Origin: Spirochaetia bacterium
Lineage (GTDB): Bacteria; Spirochaetota; Spirochaetia; Treponematales; UBA12059
NCBI GenBank assembly: GCA_034003955.1
Contig: JAVEXO010000008.1
Location: 894 to 64,893 of the forward strand
Direction: 5' to 3'
DNA length: 64,000 bases
Shown: positions 1 through 7,499 of the stretch, one piece after another
Position numbering within the stretch: position 1 is the first letter of the stretch
Layout: every line of letters starts with the position of its first letter
Notes under the pieces: generated by a model
What the model was told of the DNA's origin: nothing
The model's database searches: none
Seen by the model: the letters and a program-made list of their open reading frames with translations, nothing else
Translations under genes and position numbers: made by a program

Positions 1-2
1 CC

Positions 3-1031
3 ATCATCCTGGAACGCAACGGCAAGCCTTCAGCCACGGAGATTCTCATGTACTACCCTGGTAACGCCAGGGCCGCCTTGCTGGATGTTCCCGCAGAGAC
101 GGGTCTTATAATAAAGTCACTCAAACGCGTCGACAGCATCGATGTACTGTACGATGCCTCGTCTCCCGGCCGGTACCTGGATGAGATAGAGAGCCTTACC
201 GGTGCTGATATTGACTGGTACCTGATACTCGATGAGAGGTCTCTTGAATCCTTGGCCGATCTTCTCGATGGGCTGTCGGTATTCCTGCCTAATAGAATTG
301 CAACGGTAGTCGATGAGACAGCCATATCACTGCCTTCAGGGTTTGTGGTTCTCGACGGCCACAAGACTGTCATCTACGCGGCCTACCAGTATCCAGACAT
401 GCCGGATACAGACCTCGTAGCCAAGAGGCAGTCACTGTATCAGGCCTTATTGAGACGCCTGGGAGAGCGCTCGGACTTCATCATGAGGAGTGATGTCTAT
501 CCTTCCATACAGAGGCAGTTCAGGACTAATCTAAAGCGGGATTCCCTTGAACGCCTGCTAAAGGAGTTTGGTAGACTGGAGGCCGACCGTATCGTTCTTC
601 AGCGCTTGACGGGCACCAATCGTAATGTGGAGGGCAAGTTGCTCCTGTTTCCACATTACGACGGAGAACTGGTCAAGGATATAGTAAAGCAATCACTCAA
701 TGCCCTCCTCAACGCCGACGAAACGGCCGTAGCCGACAAGGTGTTTACCCTTGAAATCCTCAATGGCACGAGTGTTCGTGGGCTTGCTCAAAAGACAGCC
801 GAGATCTTTCAAAGTTTTGGATATGAGGTCATTTCAATAGGAAATGCCCCGTCTGTGGATGTGGAGAAGACGAGTGTCATAGATAGATATGGCGACAAGG
901 TCGCCGCGACCAATGCTGCCAATGTGATCCGATGCAATGTGGTTGAGGATGAGGCCATACCAAGCAGCAGCCCGGCCGACTTCGTCATCATACTCGGTAA
1001 GGATTTTAATGGGAGGAACTGTGTCGATTGA
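3..1031 (+). CDS. LytR-CpsA-Psr (LCP) family protein with C-terminal LytR_C-like domain; 5' partial (continues upstream of window)
   Basis: The reading frame is open from nt 3 to the window edge, so the ATG at 48 is probably internal. The core segment DIDWYLILDERSLESLADLLDGLSVFLP resembles the LCP fold. The C-terminal FTLEILNGTSVRGLAQKTAEIFQSFGYEV...FVIILGKDF resembles a LytR_C module. Confidence 0.7.
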   Translation: MILERNGKPSATEILMYYPGNARAALLDVPAETGLIIKSLKRVDSIDVLYDASSPGRYLDEIESLTGADIDWYLILDERSLESLADLLDGLSVFLPNRIATVVDETAISLPSGFVVLDGHKTVIYAAYQYPDMPDTDLVAKRQSLYQALLRRLGERSDFIMRSDVYPSIQRQFRTNLKRDSLERLLKEFGRLEADRIVLQRLTGTNRNVEGKLLLFPHYDGELVKDIVKQSLNALLNADETAVADKVFTLEILNGTSVRGLAQKTAEIFQSFGYEVISIGNAPSVDVEKTSVIDRYGDKVAATNAANVIRCNVVEDEAIPSSSPADFVIILGKDFNGRNCVD

Positions 1032-1422
1032 TGTACAGCAAGCCGTCGTCAGCTGCGCCAAGATGTTGGCTGATCATAATGGCGGCGATACCATCGTATT
1101 GGATTTCAGGAAGCTGTCCACCTGGACAGACTTCTTCATCGTTACGAGCGCAACAAGCTCTACCCACCTTAAAGGACTGGCCAGACGGGTGGAGGATTTT
1201 CTGGGGCCCCTCGAGTATTCACCACTCAGAAGGCCCAGGCTGGCTGAGGATGAACAGTGGTGTCTCCTGGATTTTGGGGATTTTGTCGTTCACATCATGG
1301 CTGCCGAGGCCAGAGAATTCTATGAGCTTGACAAGCTGTGGTTTGAGGCTGAACTGACGAAATACGCAGCTACAGAACCAGGCCAGGATGGTCAGAAGCA
1401 GGAAGCGGATACGAAGGCATAA
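1009..1422 (+). CDS. rsfS: ribosomal silencing factor RsfS (iojap family)
   Basis: GDTIVLDFRKLSTWTDFFIVTSATSSTHLKGLARRVEDF...WCLLDFGDFVVHIM...REFYELDKLW is the RsfS signature. The track start at 937 lies deep inside the upstream gene. ATG 1009 is preceded by AAGGA at 999-1003. GTG 1021 is an alternative start. Confidence 0.85.
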   Translation: MGGTVSIDVQQAVVSCAKMLADHNGGDTIVLDFRKLSTWTDFFIVTSATSSTHLKGLARRVEDFLGPLEYSPLRRPRLAEDEQWCLLDFGDFVVHIMAAEAREFYELDKLWFEAELTKYAATEPGQDGQKQEADTKA

Positions 1423-1426
1423 AAAC

Positions 1427-1456
1427 AGCCGCGCTTTCTTAAGAGAAAGCGCGGCT
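1427..1456. terminator. perfect 13-bp hairpin between convergent genes; likely bidirectional terminator
   Basis: AGCCGCGCTTTCT (1427-1439) pairs perfectly with AGAAAGCGCGGCT (1444-1456) around the loop TAAG. The A-run at 1421-1425 supplies a U-tract for the minus-strand transcript. There is no U-tract on the plus side. Confidence 0.6.
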
Positions 1457-1476
1457 TGCCGTGAGAAGCGCATCGA

Positions 1477-1791
1477 CTATTCGTCAAAATCGTTGTAGTC
1501 GATGTCGTCCTCGTAGGTATAGTCCACGGATTCCTCTTCTTCCTCGCCGAAATCATCGTCGAAGTCATCGTCGTCGTCGTCGAAGTCATCTTCTTCGTCG
1601 TCATCGAAGTCGTCTTCTTCATCTGAAAAGTCATCGAAGTCGTCTTCTTCCTCGAAGTCGTCCTCGTACTCCTCTTCATAATCGTCGAACCGGACGAAAG
1701 GAACCCTGGGAGCCTGGACGTATTCGCCTACGCCCATGAGCGATAGCTCCAACGCGTATCCCGGCATGGCCGTTTCCCGTATAGGATCCAT
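1477..1791 (-). CDS. hypothetical hyper-acidic protein (104 aa; about 35-aa N-terminal region plus D/E/F-rich repeat tail)
   Basis: GGGAGG lies 6 nt upstream of the ATG on the minus strand. The ORF ends just before the 13-bp hairpin. The last 70 residues are about 70% Asp/Glu, with Phe/Tyr every 4-7 residues. The DNA carries a near-duplicate 19-20 nt unit, CATCGAAGTCGTCTTCTTC, twice. I recognise no family. Confidence 0.6.
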   Translation of the reverse strand: MDPIRETAMPGYALELSLMGVGEYVQAPRVPFVRFDDYEEEYEDDFEEEDDFDDFSDEEDDFDDDEEDDFDDDDDDFDDDFGEEEEESVDYTYEDDIDYNDFDE

Positions 1792-1990
1792 TTCAATCCT
1801 CCCTTATACAACTACCGCGCTTTCATATCGTTGTTACAGCTCGGTATAATCGAAATGGCGACAGCCTATCATGGCTCCCGCACGCTGAAATCTAAAAGAG
1901 ACTCAAGCAGTCTGTCAACTATATTCGCCATAAGTTTGTTCTTTTTTATCAGGCTAGGCTCTAAGCCGATCCTCTTGCTATAGTCTTACC

Positions 1991-2902
1991 ATGGAACGAC
2001 GGATAATGGTATCTGCTCCCGCAAAGATAAATCTTCATTTAGCCGTAGGCGAGCTGCGTCCTGACGGTTTTCATTCAATTGCGAGCCTGTTTCAGGCCGT
2101 TTCGCTTGCCGATACCGTGACTCTTAGCCCAAAGCCACACGGCGGTATCAGCCTTTCAGGCGATTGTGCCTGTCCTCCCGAAGAAAATGTTGCCTACAGG
2201 GCGGCTTCAGCCTTCATGATGGCGGCCAGAGAAGCCGGACGAGTCTCCGATTTTGGCTTGGCCATAGACATACGCAAGAATATTCCCATAGGAGCAGGCT
2301 TAGGTGGAGGCTCAAGCGATGCGGCTGCTACCCTGCTTGGCCTCCATTCACTCTTTCCTCGTGCCTTGGAGCGTGATGAACGCGCCAGGATAGCGCTAGA
2401 AATTGGTTCTGACGTGCCATTCTTCCTGGGCACTCCCTGTGCGGCCGTTACAGGAAGGGGGGAGCGCCTGTCTGTTCTTCCATCGCGTACCGATTACGTG
2501 CTGGTCATACTCGATCCTGGATTTCCTGTCTCGACGAAGAAGGCCTATGCATTGTTGGATGCCAGACGCGATGGAGTTCCTGCCCTGGCTCCTCAAAGCG
2601 AAGCTATGCTTGAGGCCGAGCTTGGCCGTATGTCGCGGGAGTATGCCAATAAGGCTCCAGCGGAGTGGTCATTCTACAACGATTTTTATGATGCCCTTCT
2701 GCCTGAATACCCGGAATTGGCCTCTTGCAGGGCAGCCATACTCGATGAAGGAGCGATTTTTGCCACCATGAGTGGGTCGGGTAGTGCAATAATAGCCGTT
2801 TTTTCTTCCTTAAGCGATGCCCAGAAGGCTGTCAACGCTATTTCATCACGCTATCTGGCTAGAATTGCCTTTCCGCTTGCGCGCCTGCGTGACTCGATAT
2901 AG
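1991..2902 (+). CDS. ispE: 4-diphosphocytidyl-2-C-methyl-D-erythritol kinase
   Basis: N-terminal APAKINLHLAVG...RPDGFH and the GHMP-kinase loop IPIGAGLGGGSSDAAATL are present. The start could instead be ATG 2006 (MVSAPAKINL). Confidence 0.9.
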   Translation: MERRIMVSAPAKINLHLAVGELRPDGFHSIASLFQAVSLADTVTLSPKPHGGISLSGDCACPPEENVAYRAASAFMMAAREAGRVSDFGLAIDIRKNIPIGAGLGGGSSDAAATLLGLHSLFPRALERDERARIALEIGSDVPFFLGTPCAAVTGRGERLSVLPSRTDYVLVILDPGFPVSTKKAYALLDARRDGVPALAPQSEAMLEAELGRMSREYANKAPAEWSFYNDFYDALLPEYPELASCRAAILDEGAIFATMSGSGSAIIAVFSSLSDAQKAVNAISSRYLARIAFPLARLRDSI

Positions 2903-2944
2903 AATTATACCGAACTAGTGCAAACGCCAAGGAGAGAACGCCTC

Positions 2945-3223
2945 ATGGACATCACCGATCTCCGCATCCGTAGGGTTTCTGGCGAAGGTAAGCTAAAGGC
3001 GTATGTGACGGTAACCTTCGACGATTGCTTCGTCATTCATAACGTGAAGGTCATAGAAGGAAAGACAGGCATGTTTATTGCCATGCCCAGTCGCAAGACA
3101 AAGGCGGGAGACTATAAGGATATCGCACACCCAATTTGCCCTGATTTCAGGACAAAACTGCAGGATGTCATCGTTGCAAGCTATGAAAAAGGCGACAACA
3201 CGGACGCAAGTCCAATAGATTGA
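2945..3223 (+). CDS. spoVG: SpoVG family nucleic-acid-binding protein
   Basis: [51 protein letters not shown] is a classic SpoVG sequence. AGGAG lies about 10 nt upstream of ATG 2945. The track start at 2918 adds 9 poorly supported residues. Confidence 0.9.
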   Translation: MDITDLRIRRVSGEGKLKAYVTVTFDDCFVIHNVKVIEGKTGMFIAMPSRKTKAGDYKDIAHPICPDFRTKLQDVIVASYEKGDNTDASPID

Positions 3224-3255
3224 TATAAAGACGCTTATTTGTTCCGTTTACCCCC

Positions 3256-3285
3256 GTGACACGATGTCCCCTTGTGGGGTATAAC
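3256..3285 (+). promoter_or_regulatory. candidate sigma70-type promoter upstream of tRNA-Gln/rplY
   Basis: GTGACA (3256-3261), an 18-nt spacer, then TATAAC (3280-3285), about 35 nt upstream of the tRNA 5' end. This is a motif match only. Confidence 0.35.
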
Positions 3286-3319
3286 TATGCGCCATACGTC
3301 CCCCCGGGAGACGTGCCTC

Positions 3320-3391
3320 TGGGACGTCGACAAGAGGTAAGTCAGCGGGCTTTGATTCCGCCATTCGCAGGTTCGAATCCTGCCGTCCCAA
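3320..3391 (+). tRNA. tRNA-Gln (anticodon UUG), 72 nt, CCA not encoded
   Basis: Hand-folded cloverleaf. Acceptor TGGGACG/CGTCCCA. D arm GAC-AAGAGGTAA-GTC. Anticodon stem GCGGG/TCCGC with loop CTTTGAT (anticodon TTG). Variable loop CATTC. T arm GCAGG-TTCGAAT-CCTGC. Discriminator A. The architecture is nearly the same as the E. coli tRNA-Gln I recall. Confidence 0.9.
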
Positions 3392-3429
3392 CGCGATACA
3401 TTATGCCCAGTAGCGAGGAGAGAGCATCC

Positions 3430-4101
3430 ATGACACAGTTTGTCATCAAAGCCGGCGCGCGCGAATTAAGCACCAAAGGCGCCCTGAACGAGCTCAGGAA
3501 AAATGGCGGGATTCCCGCGATCGTCTATAACCGCCAAGGCAAGGTCAGACCCCTTGCACTGAATGCCAAGGAATTTCAGAAGGCAACAGAAGGCGTTTCC
3601 GAGAGTACCATCATCAAGCTAAGCGTCGGCGACGAGTCGTTTGACTGCCTCGTGAAGGATCGTCAGATCGATTGGCTTCACGGCAAAATCATGCATGTCG
3701 ACTTCTTCCAGGTGGAGAGTGGTGTCGTCATGCGTGCCAAGGTTCCCGTGCATCTTACAGGAACGTCTATTGGCGTTCGCAATGGCGGTATTCTTGAGAA
3801 CCCTGTACACGAGATAGAGGTCGAGTGCCTTCCCAAGGACATGCCCGCCAAGTTCCAGATCGACATCACCAATCTTGAGGCCAATCACTCAATACACGTC
3901 AGGGACATAGTCCATGCCGAGGGAGTCAAGATTCTGAGCGCCATCGACCAGGCGATTGTGCTCGTCAAGTTTGCCAAGGCTGAAGAGGTAGAAGAAGCCG
4001 AGGAAGAAGTTGCACCCGTTTCAGGTGCCGCTCCCGCCGCCGCCGCACCTGGTGCACCCGGTGCCGCTCCTGCTCCCGCTCCTGCAAAACCTGCAAAGTA
4101 G
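3430..4101 (+). CDS. rplY: 50S ribosomal protein L25 / general stress protein Ctc, with Ala/Pro-rich C-terminal tail
   Basis: MTQFVIKAGARELSTKGALNELRKNGGIPAIVYNRQGK is an L25/Ctc N-terminus. GAGGAG lies upstream of ATG 3430. The track start at 3256 would read through the tRNA gene. The tail is ...APAAAAPGAPGAAPAPAPAKPAK. Confidence 0.9.
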   Translation: MTQFVIKAGARELSTKGALNELRKNGGIPAIVYNRQGKVRPLALNAKEFQKATEGVSESTIIKLSVGDESFDCLVKDRQIDWLHGKIMHVDFFQVESGVVMRAKVPVHLTGTSIGVRNGGILENPVHEIEVECLPKDMPAKFQIDITNLEANHSIHVRDIVHAEGVKILSAIDQAIVLVKFAKAEEVEEAEEEVAPVSGAAPAAAAPGAPGAAPAPAPAKPAK

Positions 4102-4124
4102 GCTCGTTTAGTTTTAGATTGCAG

Positions 4125-4157
4125 CGGGGTCGTCATACAAGACGACCCCGTTTGTTG
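4125..4157 (+). terminator. rho-independent terminator after rplY
   Basis: CGGGGTCGTC (4125-4134) pairs with GACGACCCCG (4141-4150), loop ATACAA, followed by TTTGTTGT. Confidence 0.7.
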
Positions 4158-4189
4158 TATTGGCGTATCTACCATGGAGGCACTAGTTC

Positions 4190-5647
4190 ATGACCCGACC
4201 CAGGAATCATGCATCTTCCATGTCTGTTTCCCATGCCTTGAGGCGATTTCTTTCCAAAGATACAGCCATGGCACGACGAATCCTCGTGGCACTGTCAGGA
4301 GGGCCCGACTCCGTGGCTCTCCTTGAGGCCACACTGGCCGAATCCAGAATCCTGGGCCTAGTGGTGGCCGCCTGCTGGGTGGATCATGGTATACGGCCAG
4401 TAGATGAAATAGCCGCAGAGTATGATTTTGTGCAGGAGCTTTGTGCGGAGCTCGGTGTTGAGCTGTTTGTAAAGACAGCGGATCGTGGCCAGATAGAGGC
4501 AGCCGCCAAAAGCGAAGGTGGATTGGAGTCGGCCGCTAGACGCTTTAGATACGAAGCTCTCGAGATGGCCAGGGTCGAATCAAGGAGTGATATAGTGCTG
4601 ACGGGCCATACGTCTGATGACTTCATGGAGACAATGGTCATGCGTCTATGCACAGGCTCGGGCAGCGCCGGCCTCGGTGGCATACCAAGCGTCTCCGGCT
4701 TCATACACAGGCCCATGCTGTCGGTCTCCAAGGCAGACGTGCTACAATACCTTGCTTCTATTGGCAGGACCTACAGGACCGATTCTACCAACGCAGGATG
4801 CGACTATCTGCGCAACAAAGTTAGGCACATCGTCATACCAAGCCTCTATTCTGTATTCCCCTTCCTTGATTCTTCATTGTCTACGCTTGCTGCGAAGGCT
4901 CGTCTCGATGATGCCGCCCTGCAAGAACTAGCCGCCGCTCTTATACAGAAGACTTCTGTTTCCGAGCCAGGAGGAGAGTCTCCATACATCGATGCCGATG
5001 CCTTCGATGGTTCTCCTGTGGCCGTAAGGACACGGGCTCTCTATGCCCTGTGTCCTTATACAGACAAAGACAGGATACCCTGGCGCTTGATACTCGCGGC
5101 TGCGACTGCAGGCAAGGCATCGGGTAGGCTCGCTTCTGGGGCGGGGCTGGAGTTCGTAAAGGATGCTGGACGGGTTCTGGTCAGACGCCTGGATGGATCC
5201 CATGGTTCACGATCAAAGAGTGAGGATAGTGCTACCCCTCAGACGGGAAGCTCAGGCTTCAGCCTCCTGGTGGAAGGCTTTGGAACGTATCGAATAGGCA
5301 AAACCCTTGTCTGTAGGATATACTCTACACAGCATTCACCGGGATTGAGAATGGATGCGTTCTCATGGCCACTGTGCATACGTTCCAGACGTTCGGGTGA
5401 TGCTCTTGCCATCAAGGGCGGCCACAAGACGCTGGATGCCCTCGGCTCAGAGCAGCATATACCTGCCCACAGGCGAGGCGAAATGGTCGTGGTGGAGGAT
5501 GCTGGTGGAATCGTTGCGGTACTCTCCTCTTCTTGTGGAGGACGCGATAGTTACAGGCTCAATGATGGCCTTGCGGGCACTACTGCAAAAGGATTCATGG
5601 TACTAGAATTGAAAGGAGTATCGTTACACGATGCAATTCGACGATAA
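4190..5647 (+). CDS. tilS: tRNA(Ile)-lysidine synthase
   Basis: The PP-loop ILVALSGGPDSVALL is present. The C-terminal RSRRSGDALAIKGGHKTLDAL...IPAHRRGEMVVVED matches a TilS substrate-binding C-domain. It sits directly upstream of ftsH. The start could be ATG 4268 (MARRILVALSGG). Confidence 0.85.
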   Translation: MTRPRNHASSMSVSHALRRFLSKDTAMARRILVALSGGPDSVALLEATLAESRILGLVVAACWVDHGIRPVDEIAAEYDFVQELCAELGVELFVKTADRGQIEAAAKSEGGLESAARRFRYEALEMARVESRSDIVLTGHTSDDFMETMVMRLCTGSGSAGLGGIPSVSGFIHRPMLSVSKADVLQYLASIGRTYRTDSTNAGCDYLRNKVRHIVIPSLYSVFPFLDSSLSTLAAKARLDDAALQELAAALIQKTSVSEPGGESPYIDADAFDGSPVAVRTRALYALCPYTDKDRIPWRLILAAATAGKASGRLASGAGLEFVKDAGRVLVRRLDGSHGSRSKSEDSATPQTGSSGFSLLVEGFGTYRIGKTLVCRIYSTQHSPGLRMDAFSWPLCIRSRRSGDALAIKGGHKTLDALGSEQHIPAHRRGEMVVVEDAGGIVAVLSSSCGGRDSYRLNDGLAGTTAKGFMVLELKGVSLHDAIRR

Positions 5648-7499
5648 AAACTCACCAAGAATGCCAAAGAAGCCAGAGGCGGGTCCCCCACGAGGCGCTA
5701 GGCTATCATTAATCATATTTGCAGGCCTCCTTGCGGCTTCTATGGCCTTGTTCCTGTTTGACGGATCGGCAACGGCTCCCAGTATTCCCTATTCTACCTT
5801 CATGGCCCATCTGGACGAAGGCAATGTCGATTCAGTCAGTATAGTAGACCAGCGGGTGATAAAGGGTACGCTCAAGGGCAAGGGTGGTGTGGTGCAGGAA
5901 TTCACCACACTCATTCCATACCTTGACTCAGGGCTCCTGGGCGAGCTTAAGGCACGCAACGTAAGGATAGAGGGTGCCGTGGCGGAGCTCAGTCCACTGA
6001 GAATCCTGGGCGAGCTCTTCCCCTGGGTATTCGGAATCTTCCTCGTGTGGATGATATTCCGTCAGACGCAGGGTAACAACAAGGCCTTCAGCTTTGGTAA
6101 GAGTCGTGCAAAGCGCTATACGGAGAATGATAAAAAAATAACGTTTGAGGATGTAGCCGGCCAGAAGGAAGCCAAGTATGAGCTCCTTGAGGTGGTTGAT
6201 TACCTGAAGAACCCCCAGAAATTCGTCAAGATGGGGGCCCGTATACCAAAGGGAGTCCTCCTCGTTGGCATGCCCGGCACCGGCAAGACCCTCTTGGCCA
6301 AGGCCGTAGCCGGTGAGGCCGACGTGCCTTTCTTTCACATGTCAGGCTCGGACTTTGTGGAGATGTTTGTAGGAGTGGGTGCCAGCCGGGTCAGGGACCT
6401 CTTCGACCAGGGGCGTAAGAATGCACCATGCATACTGTTCATAGACGAACTTGACGCCGTAGGACGAACCAGGGGAGCCGGATACGGTGGCGGACATGAC
6501 GAGCGGGAGCAGACACTCAACCAGATGCTCGTAGAGATGGACGGCTTCGATACCAAGGATGGCGTGATCATACTGGCTGCCACAAACAGGCCAGATGTAC
6601 TCGATCCTGCACTACTCAGGCCCGGACGCTTCGACCGCCAGGTAGTAGTCGCCATGCCGGATATTCAGGAACGTGAGGACATACTCAAGATACACATGAC
6701 CAAGGTTCCCGTTTCTCTTGATGTAGACGCCACAAGGCTGGCTCGCGCAACTCCCGGTATGAGCGGAGCCGACCTTGCCAACATGGTAAACGAGGCCACG
6801 CTTTTCGCCGTGCGTAATGATAGGGAATTTGTAGAAATGGTTGACTTCGAGGAGGCCCGCGACAAGATAATGATGGGCATTGCCAGGACGTCACTGATAA
6901 TCTCCGAAGAGGAGAAGAAGGCAACAGCCTATCATGAGGCAGGACATGCCTTGCTCCACTACTATCTGCCCAATGCCGATCCGCTGCACAAGGTTACCAT
7001 AGTCCCCAGGGGGCGTGCCCTGGGATTGGCCATGTCATTGCCAGTCAAGGATGCCTACTCTCGCGGCAGAGGGTGGGTTAGAGACAGAATCGTCATATCG
7101 TACGGCGGGTTTGCAGCCGAGACTATAATGTATGGTGAGACGACGACAGGCACCACCCAGGACATCAGACAGGCTACCGATCTTGCCCGCAAGATGGCCT
7201 GCGAGTGGGGCATGGCCGAAGAACTTGGCCCGGTCGCGTACGGTCAGGAAGAAGAACCCATCTTCATAGGCAAGGAAATAGCCCAGCATAAGGACTATTC
7301 AGAGGATACGGCGATGCGCATAGATCGCGCCATCTTCAATATCCTCGATGAGGCCAGGAAAAAGGCGTTCGAGATATTGACCGATCATCGCGACCAGCTT
7401 GTAGGTCTGGCGGAAGAACTCATCCGTAAGGAGACTCTGCTTGATGATGATATCAAGGCAATGTTCGGATTCGGTTCTCCAAAGGCGAGTGAGGCCTAA
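5631..7499 (+). CDS. ftsH: ATP-dependent zinc metalloprotease FtsH
   Basis: There is an N-terminal TM segment. Walker A is [13 protein letters not shown] and Walker B is ILFIDELD. The second region of homology is present, as is the zinc motif HEAGHAL. It overlaps the tilS stop by 17 nt. Confidence 0.95.
   Translation: MQFDDKNSPRMPKKPEAGPPRGARLSLIIFAGLLAASMALFLFDGSATAPSIPYSTFMAHLDEGNVDSVSIVDQRVIKGTLKGKGGVVQEFTTLIPYLDSGLLGELKARNVRIEGAVAELSPLRILGELFPWVFGIFLVWMIFRQTQGNNKAFSFGKSRAKRYTENDKKITFEDVAGQKEAKYELLEVVDYLKNPQKFVKMGARIPKGVLLVGMPGTGKTLLAKAVAGEADVPFFHMSGSDFVEMFVGVGASRVRDLFDQGRKNAPCILFIDELDAVGRTRGAGYGGGHDEREQTLNQMLVEMDGFDTKDGVIILAATNRPDVLDPALLRPGRFDRQVVVAMPDIQEREDILKIHMTKVPVSLDVDATRLARATPGMSGADLANMVNEATLFAVRNDREFVEMVDFEEARDKIMMGIARTSLIISEEEKKATAYHEAGHALLHYYLPNADPLHKVTIVPRGRALGLAMSLPVKDAYSRGRGWVRDRIVISYGGFAAETIMYGETTTGTTQDIRQATDLARKMACEWGMAEELGPVAYGQEEEPIFIGKEIAQHKDYSEDTAMRIDRAIFNILDEARKKAFEILTDHRDQLVGLAEELIRKETLLDDDIKAMFGFGSPKASEA

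Noticed and set aside
937-1008. Upstream extension of rsfS to the track start at 937
   Set aside because: It would overlap the LCP gene by 95 nt and add a non-conserved Arg/Ser-rich leader. ATG 1009 has AAGGA 5 nt upstream, and RsfS similarity begins just after it.
1392-1739. ORFs 1392..1679 (minus strand, Thr/Lys/Met-rich) and 1461..1739 (plus strand, Arg/His/Ser-rich)
   Set aside because: They are alternate frames of the GA/TC-rich repeat DNA encoding the acidic protein. Only the 1477..1791 frame has a strong Shine-Dalgarno and ends at the terminator hairpin.
3256-3429. N-terminal 58 codons of the track ORF 3256..4101
   Set aside because: This stretch runs straight through a well-formed tRNA-Gln gene (3320-3391). 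L25 homology begins at MTQFVIK (ATG 3430), which has its own GAGGAG.
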